Shown: positions 1 through 10,258 of the stretch, one piece after another | How the letters are laid out: the number at the start of each line of letters is the position of its first letter | Position numbering within the stretch: position 1 is the stretch's first letter | Source of the DNA: Bacillota bacterium | GTDB taxonomy: Bacteria > Bacillota > Bacilli > Paenibacillales > NBRC-103111 | Direction: 5' to 3' | Assembly (NCBI GenBank): GCA_023391955.1 | Contig: JAEWAA010000489.1 | Coordinates: forward strand, 1 to 40,356 | DNA length: 40,356 bases | Notes under the pieces: generated by a model | What the model was told of the DNA's origin: nothing | The model's database searches: none | Seen by the model: the letters and a program-made list of their open reading frames with translations, nothing else | Program-made: the position numbers and the translations under genes

Positions 1-30
1 CGCCGGAGCCTTCTCCGTCTGGAAATGGGA

Positions 31-195
31 TCATCGCCAGCTAGACTTGCTATCACGATGCGCCCGCCATCCCTCATCAAATGAGCCAGTAAGAAGGTCC
101 GGAAGAGATGATAAGGCGTTCTTCCAAATGTTCAGCTTCTTGGTGTCGAACTCCGCCTGGTGAGAGGTTCGTATCTCTTCAAGAGCAAGTCTCAC
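31..195 (-). CDS. Possible small hypothetical protein (54 aa), translationally coupled to the upstream 2H-phosphoesterase gene
   Basis: The GTG start at 195 overlaps the TGA stop of 192..704 (GTGA). The frame is open as VRLALEEIRTSHQAEFDTKKLNIWKNALSS...WR to TGA at 31-33. No homology recognised. Confidence 0.25.
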   Translation of the reverse strand: MRLALEEIRTSHQAEFDTKKLNIWKNALSSLPDLLTGSFDEGWRAHRDSKSSWR

Positions 196-704
196 CTTTG
201 GAAGGACATCGTTGCTTCATGTTGCCATGGCCCATGCATGTAGCGCCATAGATCCAATCCTGTGATGGAGATGGCGCGGGGCTTGAACTCAATCGTCAAG
301 GCACGGTGAAGTGCGTCTGCCTCTGAGCGCGAGACGTTGTTCTGGATGGTGATATGCGGCTGCCATTTCTGCATGTCCTGTCCGCCCAGCCAAGACGCGA
401 ACGCTGACTTCAGCTGAGCATGAACATGTTGAAGCTCTAAGCTGGCGATGGTGTATGCGACGCCGGCGCCGAGATGTCGCATGCCGATTACGTCCGCGGA
501 GATGGGTCCTGCTTTCTCTGCCACCTCCTCAAGCGTTGCAGCAACCCGTTCTAGGTACTCGCCCGGCAGCCGATGAAACATCGTCAGATGCGCCTGCAGG
601 AAGTTCCGCTCAGTCGGGAAGTGCGCCTGACGCAGATCGTTGAACGGCTTGAGGTCAGCATCTGCGATATGAGCCGTGAGGATAAGTGGCTGAAGCGTCT
701 TCAT
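192..704 (-). CDS. 2'-5' RNA ligase / 2H phosphoesterase superfamily protein
   Basis: Two HxT motifs (AHLTM, PHITI) spaced ~75 aa apart in a 170-aa ORF; GAGGA RBS upstream. Confidence 0.85.
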   Translation of the reverse strand: MKTLQPLILTAHIADADLKPFNDLRQAHFPTERNFLQAHLTMFHRLPGEYLERVAATLEEVAEKAGPISADVIGMRHLGAGVAYTIASLELQHVHAQLKSAFASWLGGQDMQKWQPHITIQNNVSRSEADALHRALTIEFKPRAISITGLDLWRYMHGPWQHEATMSFQR

Positions 705-768
705 GAGGTGGACTGTCCTCTGGAGGTTTGCTTCGCAAGATGGCCGATGGAGATGATGCCGTTCGACG

Positions 769-1002
769 TTACTGCATTAGCCAGGTCTCCTGGAGCACCG
801 GGCGTTCGATCTTCGCAACGTAGACGAAGTCTTCCAGAGCATGATGCTGATCGGAACTGAAGACGGCCGTGGTGAGGAAGTCAGGACCAGAACCGAACAC
901 CGTAGAGATGTACACGATCTGCAGGTCAGCGTTTGGCGCACCTTTTCTTTGGGCCCAGTAGTGCTCGTCTGGCTCAAGATCAAACAGGTTGATCGGCTGC
1001 AT
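769..1002 (-). CDS. Hypothetical protein (77 aa)
   Basis: ATG with GAGGA RBS, protein-like composition, same strand as the downstream gene. Confidence 0.6.
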   Translation of the reverse strand: MQPINLFDLEPDEHYWAQRKGAPNADLQIVYISTVFGSGPDFLTTAVFSSDQHHALEDFVYVAKIERPVLQETWLMQ

Positions 1003-1209
1003 GGACTTTCCTCATCTCGATACGCCTTTGTAGCAGGTGCGGGTAATTCGCCAAGCGGGAGCTTAATCGGGTACACCGTCCGTCCACCAACGTACGGTCC
1101 TTGAACCGAAACCTTGAGAAGGATCAAGCATGCTCCCTTCGTCAACCGGCCCAGCCATGGACAAGCCGACGGTCTCAGTACATTGATCGCTTCGCAGCAG
1201 GGGGAGCGA

Positions 1210-1569
1210 ATGCCGTATTATCTTGTGACGCAGACTTCGCTTGTTGAGGCAAAGGACGAGGTTGCTGCTGCTGAGCAGGTCTTGGCCCAGTTGCAGGAGG
1301 CACCTGAGGTCACCTTCACAGTCAGGCACGACGAGAACACCGTTCAGCAGGTAACGGTTCGGAGGATTGGATCGCTGGAAAGCGTGCGGCCTGAACCTAA
1401 TGTTAAAGAGGACGAGGCTTCGTCCGCCGCTGTTGGCGTTGTGCAGCTAGCGCCGCCACCCGAGCCGCGGCCTCCGACCGGCTCCCCTGCGCAGCCACCT
1501 GTCTCTGCCTTTGCCGTCTTCATCATAGGTGCCTTGGTCGGAATGGTTGCTCAATGGCTCATGCTCTGA
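1210..1569 (+). CDS. Hypothetical protein with C-terminal membrane anchor (119 aa)
   Basis: GGGGAG RBS before the ATG at 1210 (MPYYLVTQTSLVEA...), Pro-rich linker, terminal hydrophobic helix (AFAVFIIGALVGMVAQWLML). Confidence 0.65.
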   Translation: MPYYLVTQTSLVEAKDEVAAAEQVLAQLQEAPEVTFTVRHDENTVQQVTVRRIGSLESVRPEPNVKEDEASSAAVGVVQLAPPPEPRPPTGSPAQPPVSAFAVFIIGALVGMVAQWLML

Positions 1570-1815
1570 GCAGAAGGCCATGCAAACGGTCGTCGGTTCG
1601 ATTCTCTTCAAGGCGGAGGCCATGGCAGCGTCGCCACCCGATGTCAGTCACGAATTCATCGTCGTGGGAATCCTATCAACGATGATGGCACGTTCATAGG
1701 AATGTCGATGTCACCTGTTGCGGGAGCACGTTGTTAAGTAGAATGCCCAATGCGCGTTCATGCGCCCCCCGCTTCAATTCGAGCTAATTGTCCTGCTGCG
1801 ATAGCGGACCAGATT

Positions 1816-2787
1816 TTATTGGGTAAGCTTGCGGGCATAGGCGAGGGCGGACAACATGTTTCCATGGTTAGCGATGCCCTTGCCGGCGATGTCGAACGCA
1901 GTGCCATGGTCGACTGAAACGCGATCGATCGGCAGGCCAAGCGAGACATTGACTGCGGTGTCGAAAGCAACCAGCTTGATGGGGATGTGGCCCTGGTCGT
2001 GATACTGCGCAATCACGAGATCGAAGGTGCCCTGATAGGCACGGTGATAGACCGTATCGGCCGAGATCGGACCGACCACGTTGATGCCCTCGGCCTTGGC
2101 CATTTCGACGCCCGGCAGGATCTGCAGATCATCTTCGCGGCCAAACAGGCCGTTTTCGCCGCAATGCGGGTTGATGCCGGCAACCGCGATGCGCGGGTTC
2201 TCGACGCCCATGCGACGGAAATGTTGGTAACCTGTGCGGATTGTGGCCGCGACACGCTCTGGCGTTGCCCGGTCGATTGCGTCTTTCAGCGAGACATGGG
2301 TCGAGACGTGAAGGACATTCAGTCGCTCGGAGGCAAGAAGCATCCATGAGGTCTTGCAGCCGGTCAGATGGGCCAGCATGCCAGTGTGACCGTCATAGTG
2401 ATGGCCCGCGGAATTGAGGGCTTCCTTATTGATCGGCGCCGTGACGATGCCTGCGGCCTCGCCGCTCGTTGCCATGTCTACGGCGGTCTTGATGTACTGG
2501 AAGCTGGCTTCGCCACAGCGGTCCGAGAGCACGCTGAATGTACCGGGCAGACCCTCGACCGGAACATGGATGATACGGACCGCGCCAACTACCCCCTCCT
2601 CGAAGGAAAGATTCAGGCCGCAGGCGGTTCGTGCGCGCTCCAGCGTCGGCTTGTCGCCGATGATGGCGTAGCCCGCGCGCTCCGCGGGTGGCAATGAGGC
2701 CAGCGCCTTCAGCGCGACCTCCGCGCCGACGCCCGAAGGGTCGCCCATGGTGATGACGAAGGGCTTCTGGCTGGCATTTGCGGTCAT
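1816..2787 (-). CDS. pdxA: PdxA-family dehydrogenase, probably D-threonate/D-erythronate 4-phosphate dehydrogenase (PdxA2)
   Basis: Motifs [53 protein letters not shown]; divergent from a DUF1537 kinase. Confidence 0.93.
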   Translation of the reverse strand: MTANASQKPFVITMGDPSGVGAEVALKALASLPPAERAGYAIIGDKPTLERARTACGLNLSFEEGVVGAVRIIHVPVEGLPGTFSVLSDRCGEASFQYIKTAVDMATSGEAAGIVTAPINKEALNSAGHHYDGHTGMLAHLTGCKTSWMLLASERLNVLHVSTHVSLKDAIDRATPERVAATIRTGYQHFRRMGVENPRIAVAGINPHCGENGLFGREDDLQILPGVEMAKAEGINVVGPISADTVYHRAYQGTFDLVIAQYHDQGHIPIKLVAFDTAVNVSLGLPIDRVSVDHGTAFDIAGKGIANHGNMLSALAYARKLTQ

Positions 2788-2813
2788 GATGCGCTCCTCT
2801 TGAGGGTCCGGCC

Positions 2814-2842
2814 ATTTGTCGCATTTAGTGACAACGTGTCAA
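2814..2842 (-). promoter_or_regulatory. Sigma70-type promoter of pdxA2 overlapped by an inverted repeat TTGTC-N9-GACAA (2816-2834), candidate operator
   Basis: Minus strand reads TTGACA-N17-ACAAAT; the palindrome TTGTCGCATTTAGTGACAA lies across the spacer and -10. Confidence 0.5.
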
Positions 2843-2962
2843 CTAGGACGCTGTCATACTAATGTTGTTTTCCTTGAAGTTTTTAGAAACGAGAACGAAT
2901 AAAGTCGACGTGGTATAGAAATTTGTATATTTAGCTGGCGACGCGAATGACTATGGTGCCTG

Positions 2963-4030
2963 ATGCGACTGCTGATTATCGCCGACGACCTGACAGGTGC
3001 CCTGGACAGTGCCGTTCCCTTTGCCTCAGCCGGCGTGCGAACGGTCGTGGCACGGCGGCCTGCTGATATCGACACGGCGATTGCCACGGGCGCTCACGTA
3101 ATCGCCGTCTCCACGGCATCGCGTGAGGGCAACGAAAGTGCCGCCCGCCACACCGTTGCAGAGGCCATGACGGCTGTGGCTGACACGGATTGCATGGTTT
3201 TCAAAAAGGTGGATTCCAGGCTCAAGGGGCATGTCGCCGCGGAGGTTTCCGTTGTGGCTGAGCAACTAGGGGTACGCCGCGCCATTATTTGTCCGGCGAT
3301 CCCGGAACAGGGGCGGTATGTGCGCGGTGGTGCTCTTGTCGGGTGCGGTGTGACAGAGCCTATCAGCGTGGCCGACATTCTTGGAGGCTCGCCGATGGAG
3401 GTTTGTGCTCCGGATGCGGATGATGAGGGCGATCTGCTGGCGATCATTGCCGCTGCGGGATCAGGCGATCTGTTGGTTGGCGCTTCCGGGCTCGCGCGTG
3501 CTCTCGCGCAGCACCTCTCAAGTGCAACGATCTTGCCGCTTGCGCGGCCCCGGATGGTCGGAGCGGTGTTGATGGCGATCGGCTCCAGGGATCCGATCAC
3601 AGTTGGACAGGTGGAACATCTGAGGCAGATGCACGACTCGGACTGGTTCGGGGCGCCGAACGGCTGCACGGTGCGCCAGCCAGGTGAACTCAGGGCGCTG
3701 ACCGTTGTGCAGATGTTGCCGGGCGAGACCGTGATCGCTGGCGAGAAGGCGTCGACCAATTTTTCGCGAACCGTTTTGAGTTTCCTCGATAGGGGTGCCC
3801 GTTCGCTCCTTTGTTGTGGCGGCGAGACCGCTGATTCGATCCTGGGGTGCAAAGGCGCCGGCATCATCGAGGTCGAGGGTGAACTGGTGTCCGGTGTCCC
3901 GGTCGGATATGCGATCATCGATGACAAAAAACTTCAGATCGCCACGAAGTCCGGGGGATTTGGGGCGGTGGATTGCCTTCTGGATGTCGCGGAAAACATT
4001 GATTTTGCGAGCGTCAGCGGACTAGAATGA
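2963..4030 (+). CDS. Four-carbon acid sugar kinase (DUF1537 family)
   Basis: IIADDLTGALD, FKKVDSRLKG, CPAIPEQGR, GGETA and TKSGGFG signature motifs. Confidence 0.92.
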   Translation: MRLLIIADDLTGALDSAVPFASAGVRTVVARRPADIDTAIATGAHVIAVSTASREGNESAARHTVAEAMTAVADTDCMVFKKVDSRLKGHVAAEVSVVAEQLGVRRAIICPAIPEQGRYVRGGALVGCGVTEPISVADILGGSPMEVCAPDADDEGDLLAIIAAAGSGDLLVGASGLARALAQHLSSATILPLARPRMVGAVLMAIGSRDPITVGQVEHLRQMHDSDWFGAPNGCTVRQPGELRALTVVQMLPGETVIAGEKASTNFSRTVLSFLDRGARSLLCCGGETADSILGCKGAGIIEVEGELVSGVPVGYAIIDDKKLQIATKSGGFGAVDCLLDVAENIDFASVSGLE

Positions 4031-4048
4031 TCGGGAAAGGAAATCTCC

Positions 4049-4798
4049 ATGCCGGTTGCAAATTCGTCAGATGAAGAAGAGCGCGGACAGAAGCCGAAAG
4101 GCAAGCCGGCGCTTGCCGAGCGTATCTATCACATGCTCTATGCCCGGATTTCCAATGGAGACTATCCGACCAATTCGAAGCTTCCGCCCGAGTTGAACCT
4201 AAGCGAGGAATTCGGGGTGTCTCGACCTGTCCTGCGCACCGCGCTGGAGCGTCTGCGTAGCGAGGGGCTCGTCTATTCCCGCCAGGGCGCCGGCAGTTAT
4301 GTACGCGCGCCCAATGGCCAGGCTCTGGGCTTTGCCAAGGTCGAGACGATCGCGGATATCCAGCGCTGTTATGAATTTCGCATAAATCTCGAGACGGAAG
4401 CAGCGTCTCTGGCAGCCGCGCGCCGCAGCGACGACAATCTGCATGCTATGGAAGAGGCCCTGCGCCTGATGGATGCGGCGACCCTGTCGCATCAGCATCG
4501 CGAAGACGCCGATTTCAGCTTCCACCTCGCAGTCACGGCTGGTGCGCGCAACCACTATTTCGAAGCCTCAATGCGGGCGCTCCGCGAGCACATCGCCGTC
4601 GGCATGAAGATGCACGGCAAGTCACTGATGTCGGATGGGCCGAAGAGCCTTGAGGACGTCTTCAAGGAACACCGATCGATCTTCAACGCAATCAAGGATC
4701 GCGATAGCGAGGCTGCGGGTCAGCTGATGCGCGACCACCTCATCCATTCGCGAGACCGCCTGTTCGGCGGTGCCATGCTGGATCTCAGCCGGTCGTGA
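4049..4798 (+). CDS. GntR/FadR-family transcriptional regulator
   Basis: N-terminal wHTH (LPPELNLSEEFGVSRPVLRTAL...RQGAGSYV) plus FCD domain (DFSFH, EHRSI...HL). Its 3' end overlaps the convergent Ldh_2 gene by 14 bp. Confidence 0.93.
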   Translation: MPVANSSDEEERGQKPKGKPALAERIYHMLYARISNGDYPTNSKLPPELNLSEEFGVSRPVLRTALERLRSEGLVYSRQGAGSYVRAPNGQALGFAKVETIADIQRCYEFRINLETEAASLAAARRSDDNLHAMEEALRLMDAATLSHQHREDADFSFHLAVTAGARNHYFEASMRALREHIAVGMKMHGKSLMSDGPKSLEDVFKEHRSIFNAIKDRDSEAAGQLMRDHLIHSRDRLFGGAMLDLSRS

Positions 4799-5840
4799 TC
4801 TCAGGGGGAGCGACGCCGAGTTTTTCGGCTTCCTGAGTGAGGGCCTGCCAGATCCCTGGATAAAGCGACACGCCATCCTTCATTGCAGCGCGACGACGTG
4901 CTTGCGCTGCCTCACCGGGAAGACGGACGGGTTTGTCTTTATCGCGCGGTTTTGAGGCACGGCAGGCTTCAACAAGCCAGCCGGTCTGGTTCAGGAAGGC
5001 GTCGCTGCCACCAAAGGCTGCGGGATCATAGACCGAGATCGTGACGGCAGCATTGGTGCCCTTGGGGGCATCGGCGCGCCCATAGCCCGCCAGTCCTTGC
5101 GTTAGCGCTTCCACGGAAAGCGCCATGCCATAGCCCTTCTGGCCATGGTCGAGCCCACCAGTCGGTAGCAGGGTTCCGCCGCGCGTCACCGACTTCGGAT
5201 CCTTGGTTGGGGTGCCGTCAGCTTCCATCAGCCAGCTCTCGTCATAGGCGCGGTCCTCGCGGATCATGCGCTGCGCCATGTTGACGGTCGTGATCGAGGC
5301 CGAAATGTCGATGAGGATCGGCTCGCCGGGGGTCGGTATGCCGTAAGCAACCGGATCGGGCGTAAAGACGCCAGTCAATCCACCGAAGGGCGCGACCTGT
5401 GCGCCGGATGGAGAGGACGAGGCGATAGACACCATCATGCCAGCATCGGTGGCAAGCGAGAGATAGACAGCGAGTGCGCCGATGTGATGGCTGTCGCCGA
5501 TCACCAGCGTTGCCGTGCCGAATTCCCGGGCCCGTTCCACGCAAAGCTTGGTGCCCTCCGAGGTCAGCCAGGCACCCGGCAGGCGCCGGCCACGCCAGCA
5601 GATTGCAGGGCCGCGGTCGGAAACCACCTCGGGCGTGCCGTCTTTGGTCACAATGCCGTCGGCAATGCCCTGGAGATACCAGGGTGCGAGCGCCAGTCCA
5701 TGGGTCGTGTGCCCCATAACATCGGCTTCCACCAGATAGGTCGCAACCGCTGCGGCCTTGTCGGCTGCCAGGCCTGCTGCGGAAAAGAGCTGCCGCGCGA
5801 ATGCAACCAAATCAGAGTGTGGGCAGCGCTCCATGATCAT
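4785..5840 (-). CDS. Ldh_2 family (malate/L-lactate/sulfolactate-type) NAD(P)-dependent oxidoreductase
   Basis: GHTTHGL, HHIGAL, PFGG...PVAYGIP, KGYGMAL and RLPGE motifs. Confidence 0.88.
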   Translation of the reverse strand: MIMERCPHSDLVAFARQLFSAAGLAADKAAAVATYLVEADVMGHTTHGLALAPWYLQGIADGIVTKDGTPEVVSDRGPAICWRGRRLPGAWLTSEGTKLCVERAREFGTATLVIGDSHHIGALAVYLSLATDAGMMVSIASSSPSGAQVAPFGGLTGVFTPDPVAYGIPTPGEPILIDISASITTVNMAQRMIREDRAYDESWLMEADGTPTKDPKSVTRGGTLLPTGGLDHGQKGYGMALSVEALTQGLAGYGRADAPKGTNAAVTISVYDPAAFGGSDAFLNQTGWLVEACRASKPRDKDKPVRLPGEAAQARRRAAMKDGVSLYPGIWQALTQEAEKLGVAPPEITTG

Positions 5841-6802
5841 CCCTCGAAGACTTCGGGGTTAAGAACCCGGCGCGGCCTGCCGCCCTGCATCAGTTCCTCG
5901 ATGTCGGCGATATTCATCAGGCCGACATTCTCGACGGCTTCGACAGTATCTGCGCCCGAATGGGGCATGAACACCACGCGCGGATGGGAAAAGATCGGAT
6001 GCGAGATGTCCGGCGGCTCGCTGACATAGGCGTCAATGGCCGCGCCGCCGAGGCGCTCTTCCGTCAGGGCCTTTGCAAGGGAATCGAGATCGACCACTTC
6101 GCCGCGGGCGAGATTCAAGAGGCATGCCGTCGGCTTCATCAACGCCAGCTTTTCGGCATTGATTAACGAAGCATTGTCCGCACCACCAAAGATGTGCAGC
6201 GAGACATAATCGGCCTTGGCAAGGAGCTCGTCGAGCGACAGCAGTTCGATGTTGTACTGTGCAGCGAAGGCGGTGTCGGCATAAGGGTCAGATGCGATAA
6301 TCCGCATGCCCATTCCATGAGCCATGCGGGCAAGCGAGCGACCGATATTGCCAAGACCGACAATGCCAAGCATCTTGCCACCGATCTGGCTGCCGACCTT
6401 CCGGTCCCAGGCGCCGGAGGTGACGCTTTTGTGGCCGGCCGGGATATTGCGGGCAAGCGACAGCATCATGCCGATTGCAAGTTCTGCGACCGCGTCAGCA
6501 TTGGCGCCGGGGGTGTTGGCAACCGGCAGGCCACGGGCGGTGCAGGCGGGGATGTCAATGTTGTCGACGCCGACACCGTGTTTCATCACGGCCTTCAGGT
6601 TGGTCGCGCCTTCCAGCATGGCTGCCGTCACAGGCACCAGACCGACAACCATGTAATCGGCTATTGCGATGTGTGCCGAAACCCCGCCGTCCGGCTTGCT
6701 GGTGTCGACGCAGCGAACCAGTTCCCAGCCGAGTTCCTTCAGACGATCCGGAACGCGACCATGCTTGCCGAAGCCGGGCGAAGTGGTGAGGATAACCGTC
6801 AT
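5837..6802 (-). CDS. D-2-hydroxyacid / phosphoglycerate-dehydrogenase-like oxidoreductase
   Basis: GVGVDNID, GIVGLGNIG, NLARGEVVD, DAYVSEP and PHSG motifs; no ACT domain. Confidence 0.9.
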   Translation of the reverse strand: MTVILTTSPGFGKHGRVPDRLKELGWELVRCVDTSKPDGGVSAHIAIADYMVVGLVPVTAAMLEGATNLKAVMKHGVGVDNIDIPACTARGLPVANTPGANADAVAELAIGMMLSLARNIPAGHKSVTSGAWDRKVGSQIGGKMLGIVGLGNIGRSLARMAHGMGMRIIASDPYADTAFAAQYNIELLSLDELLAKADYVSLHIFGGADNASLINAEKLALMKPTACLLNLARGEVVDLDSLAKALTEERLGGAAIDAYVSEPPDISHPIFSHPRVVFMPHSGADTVEAVENVGLMNIADIEELMQGGRPRRVLNPEVFEG

Positions 6803-6803
6803 G

Positions 6804-7685
6804 TCAAACGCGTCCGTATCTCTTCAGGATGTCTAGGATCTTGGAGTCCTGCTCCGCGTTCGGCAGCAAGGCCGGCTGGCGGCTGGCGCCGACCGAATTG
6901 TCCATCAGGTAAAGCGAACGCTTGACCAGCGCCGGCGGAAAACCGAGCGCGTAAAGATCCGTGCGGAAACTGGTGTAGATGTCCTGGTTCTTGCGCGCAG
7001 CGTCAAGGTCGCCGGTATTGAAGCCATTGATGATATTGGCGAGGATATCGGGCAGGACATTGCCAAGCCCGGAAATGGCACCGGCTGAGCCCTGTTCCAT
7101 TGACCACAGCACGAGGTGGTCCGGGCCTGAATAGACGTCGAAGCCAGGGATGTCGCGGCCAACGGCCATATAGGCAGAGAGCGTCTCCTGCGAACCGCCG
7201 GAATCCTTGATGCCGGCGATGTTGCCGTGGGTCGCCAGCGTGCGGGCCGTTTCCGGCTCAATGTGGTTCTGGGTGCGGGCGGGAATGTCGTAGAGATAGG
7301 TCGACGTGTTAACGGCATCCGCAACCGTGGTGAAGTGGCGGATCAAGCCTTCCTGCGTGCATGCGATGAAGAAGGGCGTGATTACGGCGATCCCGTCGAC
7401 CCCGATCCGATCGAATTCACGGGCAAGCTTCACCGTCTCAAAGGTGGCCGGCATGCCGGCATTGGCGATCACCTTGACCTTGCCCGCTACTTCATCGACA
7501 ACTTCTTCGGTCAGCCGCACCTTCTCCTCGAAGGTCAGGGCCGAGAAATCACCATTGGTGCCGGCGCACATGATATTGTTGCCGGCTGCGACCTGGCGGC
7601 GAACCTGCGCACGCGTGGCGGCGTAGTTAATGGTCTCATCTTCATTGAAGCATGTGACGATGGCGACGTAAGCCGATTTGGACAT
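6804..7685 (-). CDS. Dihydrodipicolinate synthase/N-acetylneuraminate lyase family aldolase or dehydratase
   Basis: GTNGDF, YLYDIP, GIKDS (Schiff-base Lys) and GAISG motifs. The variant GTNGD motif and catabolic context argue against a true DapA. Confidence 0.88.
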   Translation of the reverse strand: MSKSAYVAIVTCFNEDETINYAATRAQVRRQVAAGNNIMCAGTNGDFSALTFEEKVRLTEEVVDEVAGKVKVIANAGMPATFETVKLAREFDRIGVDGIAVITPFFIACTQEGLIRHFTTVADAVNTSTYLYDIPARTQNHIEPETARTLATHGNIAGIKDSGGSQETLSAYMAVGRDIPGFDVYSGPDHLVLWSMEQGSAGAISGLGNVLPDILANIINGFNTGDLDAARKNQDIYTSFRTDLYALGFPPALVKRSLYLMDNSVGASRQPALLPNAEQDSKILDILKRYGRV

Positions 7686-7704
7686 GGGGCATGTACTCCG
7701 TGGA

Positions 7705-9183
7705 TCAGGCCGTGGCGGCCTTGCGATTGCGGCGGGCCTGCAGAAGGGGAAGGGCGAGTGAGCCGATCGAGAGTGCCAGGAACAGAAGGGTTATGGGTCC
7801 CGACACGAAAGCGACGACGTCGTCGCCCGTCTGCAGAAGGCCACGGCGCAGATTGGCTTCGGCCAGCGGGCCAAGGATGAGGGCGATGCAAAGGGCGGCT
7901 TGTGAGAAGCCATACTTGTTCATGGCCCAGCCGAGAATGCCGAACCCGACCATGGTGTAGAGGTCGATTGGATTCAGGTTGATGGCAAACGAGCCAATGA
8001 AGCAGAACACGACAATCGACATTGTCAGGATGCGGCGCGGCACCAGCAGGATTTTGGACGCAACCGGGATGAGCATCATACCGAAGATAAACATGAAGAT
8101 GGTGGCGATGAAGGTGCCGCCGAAAATGCCGACGACCACATCGGGGTTCGTCTGGAAAAGCATCGGCCCGGGCGCGAGCCCCTGGATCATCAGCCCACCC
8201 ATGAGAACGGCAGTAACAACGTCGCCCGGGATTCCAAGGGCCAGAAGCGGGATGAGTGCGGCAGCGCAGACGGCGTTATTGGCGCTCTCGGTGGCTGCAA
8301 CGCCTGGTGCATAGCCGGTACCAAACCTCTCGGGGGTCTTCGAGGTTCGCCGCGCTTCATTGTACGCGATCCAAGAGGCCGTGCCGGAGCCGGTGCCGGG
8401 GATGATTCCGATGATGGTGCCCACAATCGAGCCACGGATCAGCGCGTTCGCGCTTTCGCGCAGATCCTTCAGGACGATCCAGCGCCCCGACACGTTGGCT
8501 GGAGTCTCATTCGGCTCGCCGAGATGCTCGAGCTGGGTGAAGACCTCGGAAAGAGCAAATAGACCGATCAGTGCGGGCGTGAAAGCAAAGCCTGACGCGA
8601 AACCCGAAACGCCGAAGGTGTAGCGCAAGACGCCTGATATTGGGTCGGCTCCGACACAGGAAATCAAGACGCCTAGACATCCTGAAATAGCTCCTTTCAG
8701 CAGATCCCCGGACAGCGAGGCGATGATTGTAAGTCCAAAGAGAGAAAGCGCGAAATACTCCGGAGCGCCGAATTCGAGTGCTATGCTCGCCAGTTGTGGC
8801 GCCAGCGTCGAGAGCACGATGGAAGCGAAGATCATGCCGATCGTTGATGCAACCGTCGCCATGGCCAAGGCTTTGGCGGCTTCGCCTTTTTGCGCCATCG
8901 GATAACCATCGAGTACAGTGGCAGCCGAGGCCGGGGTTCCAGGAGTGCGTAGCAAGATTGCGGAAATGCAGCCGCCGTAAATACCGCCGATATAAATCCC
9001 GATCAGCATGTTGATGCCCATAACAGGGGCCATGCCGAAGGTCAGTGGAATGAGAAGCGCCACCCCCATGGTGGCGGTCAGTCCGGGCAGAGCGCCAATG
9101 ACAATCCCGCCGAGTGTGCCCAGAGCGATGGCGCCGAGCACTTCAGGCTGCAGCAGCGGAAGAAGATTGGCGAAATATTCCAT
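7705..9183 (-). CDS. tctA: Tripartite tricarboxylate transporter large permease TctA
   Basis: GALPGL, TPGTPASAATVLDGYPMA, ESANNA and LGIPGD motifs; polytopic, 492 aa. Confidence 0.93.
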   Translation of the reverse strand: MEYFANLLPLLQPEVLGAIALGTLGGIVIGALPGLTATMGVALLIPLTFGMAPVMGINMLIGIYIGGIYGGCISAILLRTPGTPASAATVLDGYPMAQKGEAAKALAMATVASTIGMIFASIVLSTLAPQLASIALEFGAPEYFALSLFGLTIIASLSGDLLKGAISGCLGVLISCVGADPISGVLRYTFGVSGFASGFAFTPALIGLFALSEVFTQLEHLGEPNETPANVSGRWIVLKDLRESANALIRGSIVGTIIGIIPGTGSGTASWIAYNEARRTSKTPERFGTGYAPGVAATESANNAVCAAALIPLLALGIPGDVVTAVLMGGLMIQGLAPGPMLFQTNPDVVVGIFGGTFIATIFMFIFGMMLIPVASKILLVPRRILTMSIVVFCFIGSFAINLNPIDLYTMVGFGILGWAMNKYGFSQAALCIALILGPLAEANLRRGLLQTGDDVVAFVSGPITLLFLALSIGSLALPLLQARRNRKAATA

Positions 9184-9206
9184 GATGTCGGAACCTTGAT
9201 TGAAGG

Positions 9207-9238
9207 AAGCCGGAGCGGCCTAGCGACCCCCCCGACTT
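9207..9238 (-). terminator. Intercistronic stem-loop between tctC and tctA (mRNA stabiliser or partial terminator)
   Basis: Minus strand AAGTCGGGGGGGTC-GCTA-GGCCGCTCCGGCTT forms a 14-bp stem with one mismatch and G-U pairs. Confidence 0.5.
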
Positions 9239-9256
9239 GTCTCTCGCTTGGAACAA

Positions 9257-10219
9257 TCAGTTCTTGTTCATCTCGTACATGCCGAGATCTTTGATGACGC
9301 CTTCGGCCGTATCGCTGTCCTTCTTGGCGCGGGCGGCATAGGCTGTGGCGTCTTCGTACTGTACGAACTCGCCCATCTCCGTCATCTTCTTCTGGAATTC
9401 GGGATCTTCGACTGCGGCTTTCACGCCGTCGCGCAGGATCTGCAGGTCTTCTTCCGGAATCCCCTTAGGGGCGATGATTCCTTTCCAAGACGACCAGGTG
9501 AAGTCAACGCCCTTTTCCTTGGCGGTCGGAGCGTCAGGGAACAGATCGATGCGCTCGTCCTCTTCGACAAAGAGAACCTTCACTGCACCCGCTTGGACTT
9601 GAGGCAGCGCCTCGGCCGGGGAGGCAACCATGGCATCGATGTGTCCGCCGGCACAGGCTGCCATGGCTTCGGAAGAGCCGCCGAAAGGCACGGACTCAAC
9701 CTTGATACCAGCCGCCTTCGCGAATGCTTCGGTGGAGATGTGATTGGCGCCGCCGGCGCCTGAATTGCCGATCTGCGGAGCCTTGTCCTTGGCATAGGAC
9801 ATGAAACTGTCGAAGTCGGTGAATGGAGCGTCCTTGCAAGAGATCATGACCTGCAGGTTTCGTCCGACCAGGCCGATAAACTCGATCTGATCGAGCTTGT
9901 AGTCGGCACTGCCAAGATGCGGCAAGATGGCGAGCGGGCCCTGGGCGCCCGCACCGACCGTATACCCGTCAGGACGGCCGTGTGCGACGGCAGAGGTGCC
10001 TATTGCGCCGCCACCGCCGGGCTGGTTGCGGACGATGACGGTCGCTCCTTCCATGTTGCGTTGCATGCTTTCGGCCAGAAGGCGCATGGACAGGTCTGTG
10101 CCGCCGCCCGCCGAATAGGGCACGACGATCTGGATTGGACGATCGGGAAAGGCATAGGCTGCAGTCGCAGTCATGGTCGCGGCAAGGGCGGCGACCAGTG
10201 TGAGTTTGTTCTTGAACAT
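9257..10219 (-). CDS. tctC: Tripartite tricarboxylate transporter substrate-binding protein TctC (Bug family)
   Basis: Signal peptide, FPDRPIQIVVPYSAGGGTD, NQPGGGGAIG and PDGYT motifs; GGAGGAGG RBS before the ATG at 10219. Confidence 0.93.
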   Translation of the reverse strand: MFKNKLTLVAALAATMTATAAYAFPDRPIQIVVPYSAGGGTDLSMRLLAESMQRNMEGATVIVRNQPGGGGAIGTSAVAHGRPDGYTVGAGAQGPLAILPHLGSADYKLDQIEFIGLVGRNLQVMISCKDAPFTDFDSFMSYAKDKAPQIGNSGAGGANHISTEAFAKAAGIKVESVPFGGSSEAMAACAGGHIDAMVASPAEALPQVQAGAVKVLFVEEDERIDLFPDAPTAKEKGVDFTWSSWKGIIAPKGIPEEDLQILRDGVKAAVEDPEFQKKMTEMGEFVQYEDATAYAARAKKDSDTAEGVIKDLGMYEMNKN

Positions 10220-10258
10220 GTTTCCTCCTCCATTGATAGAAAAATGTGATCGGTTCAT

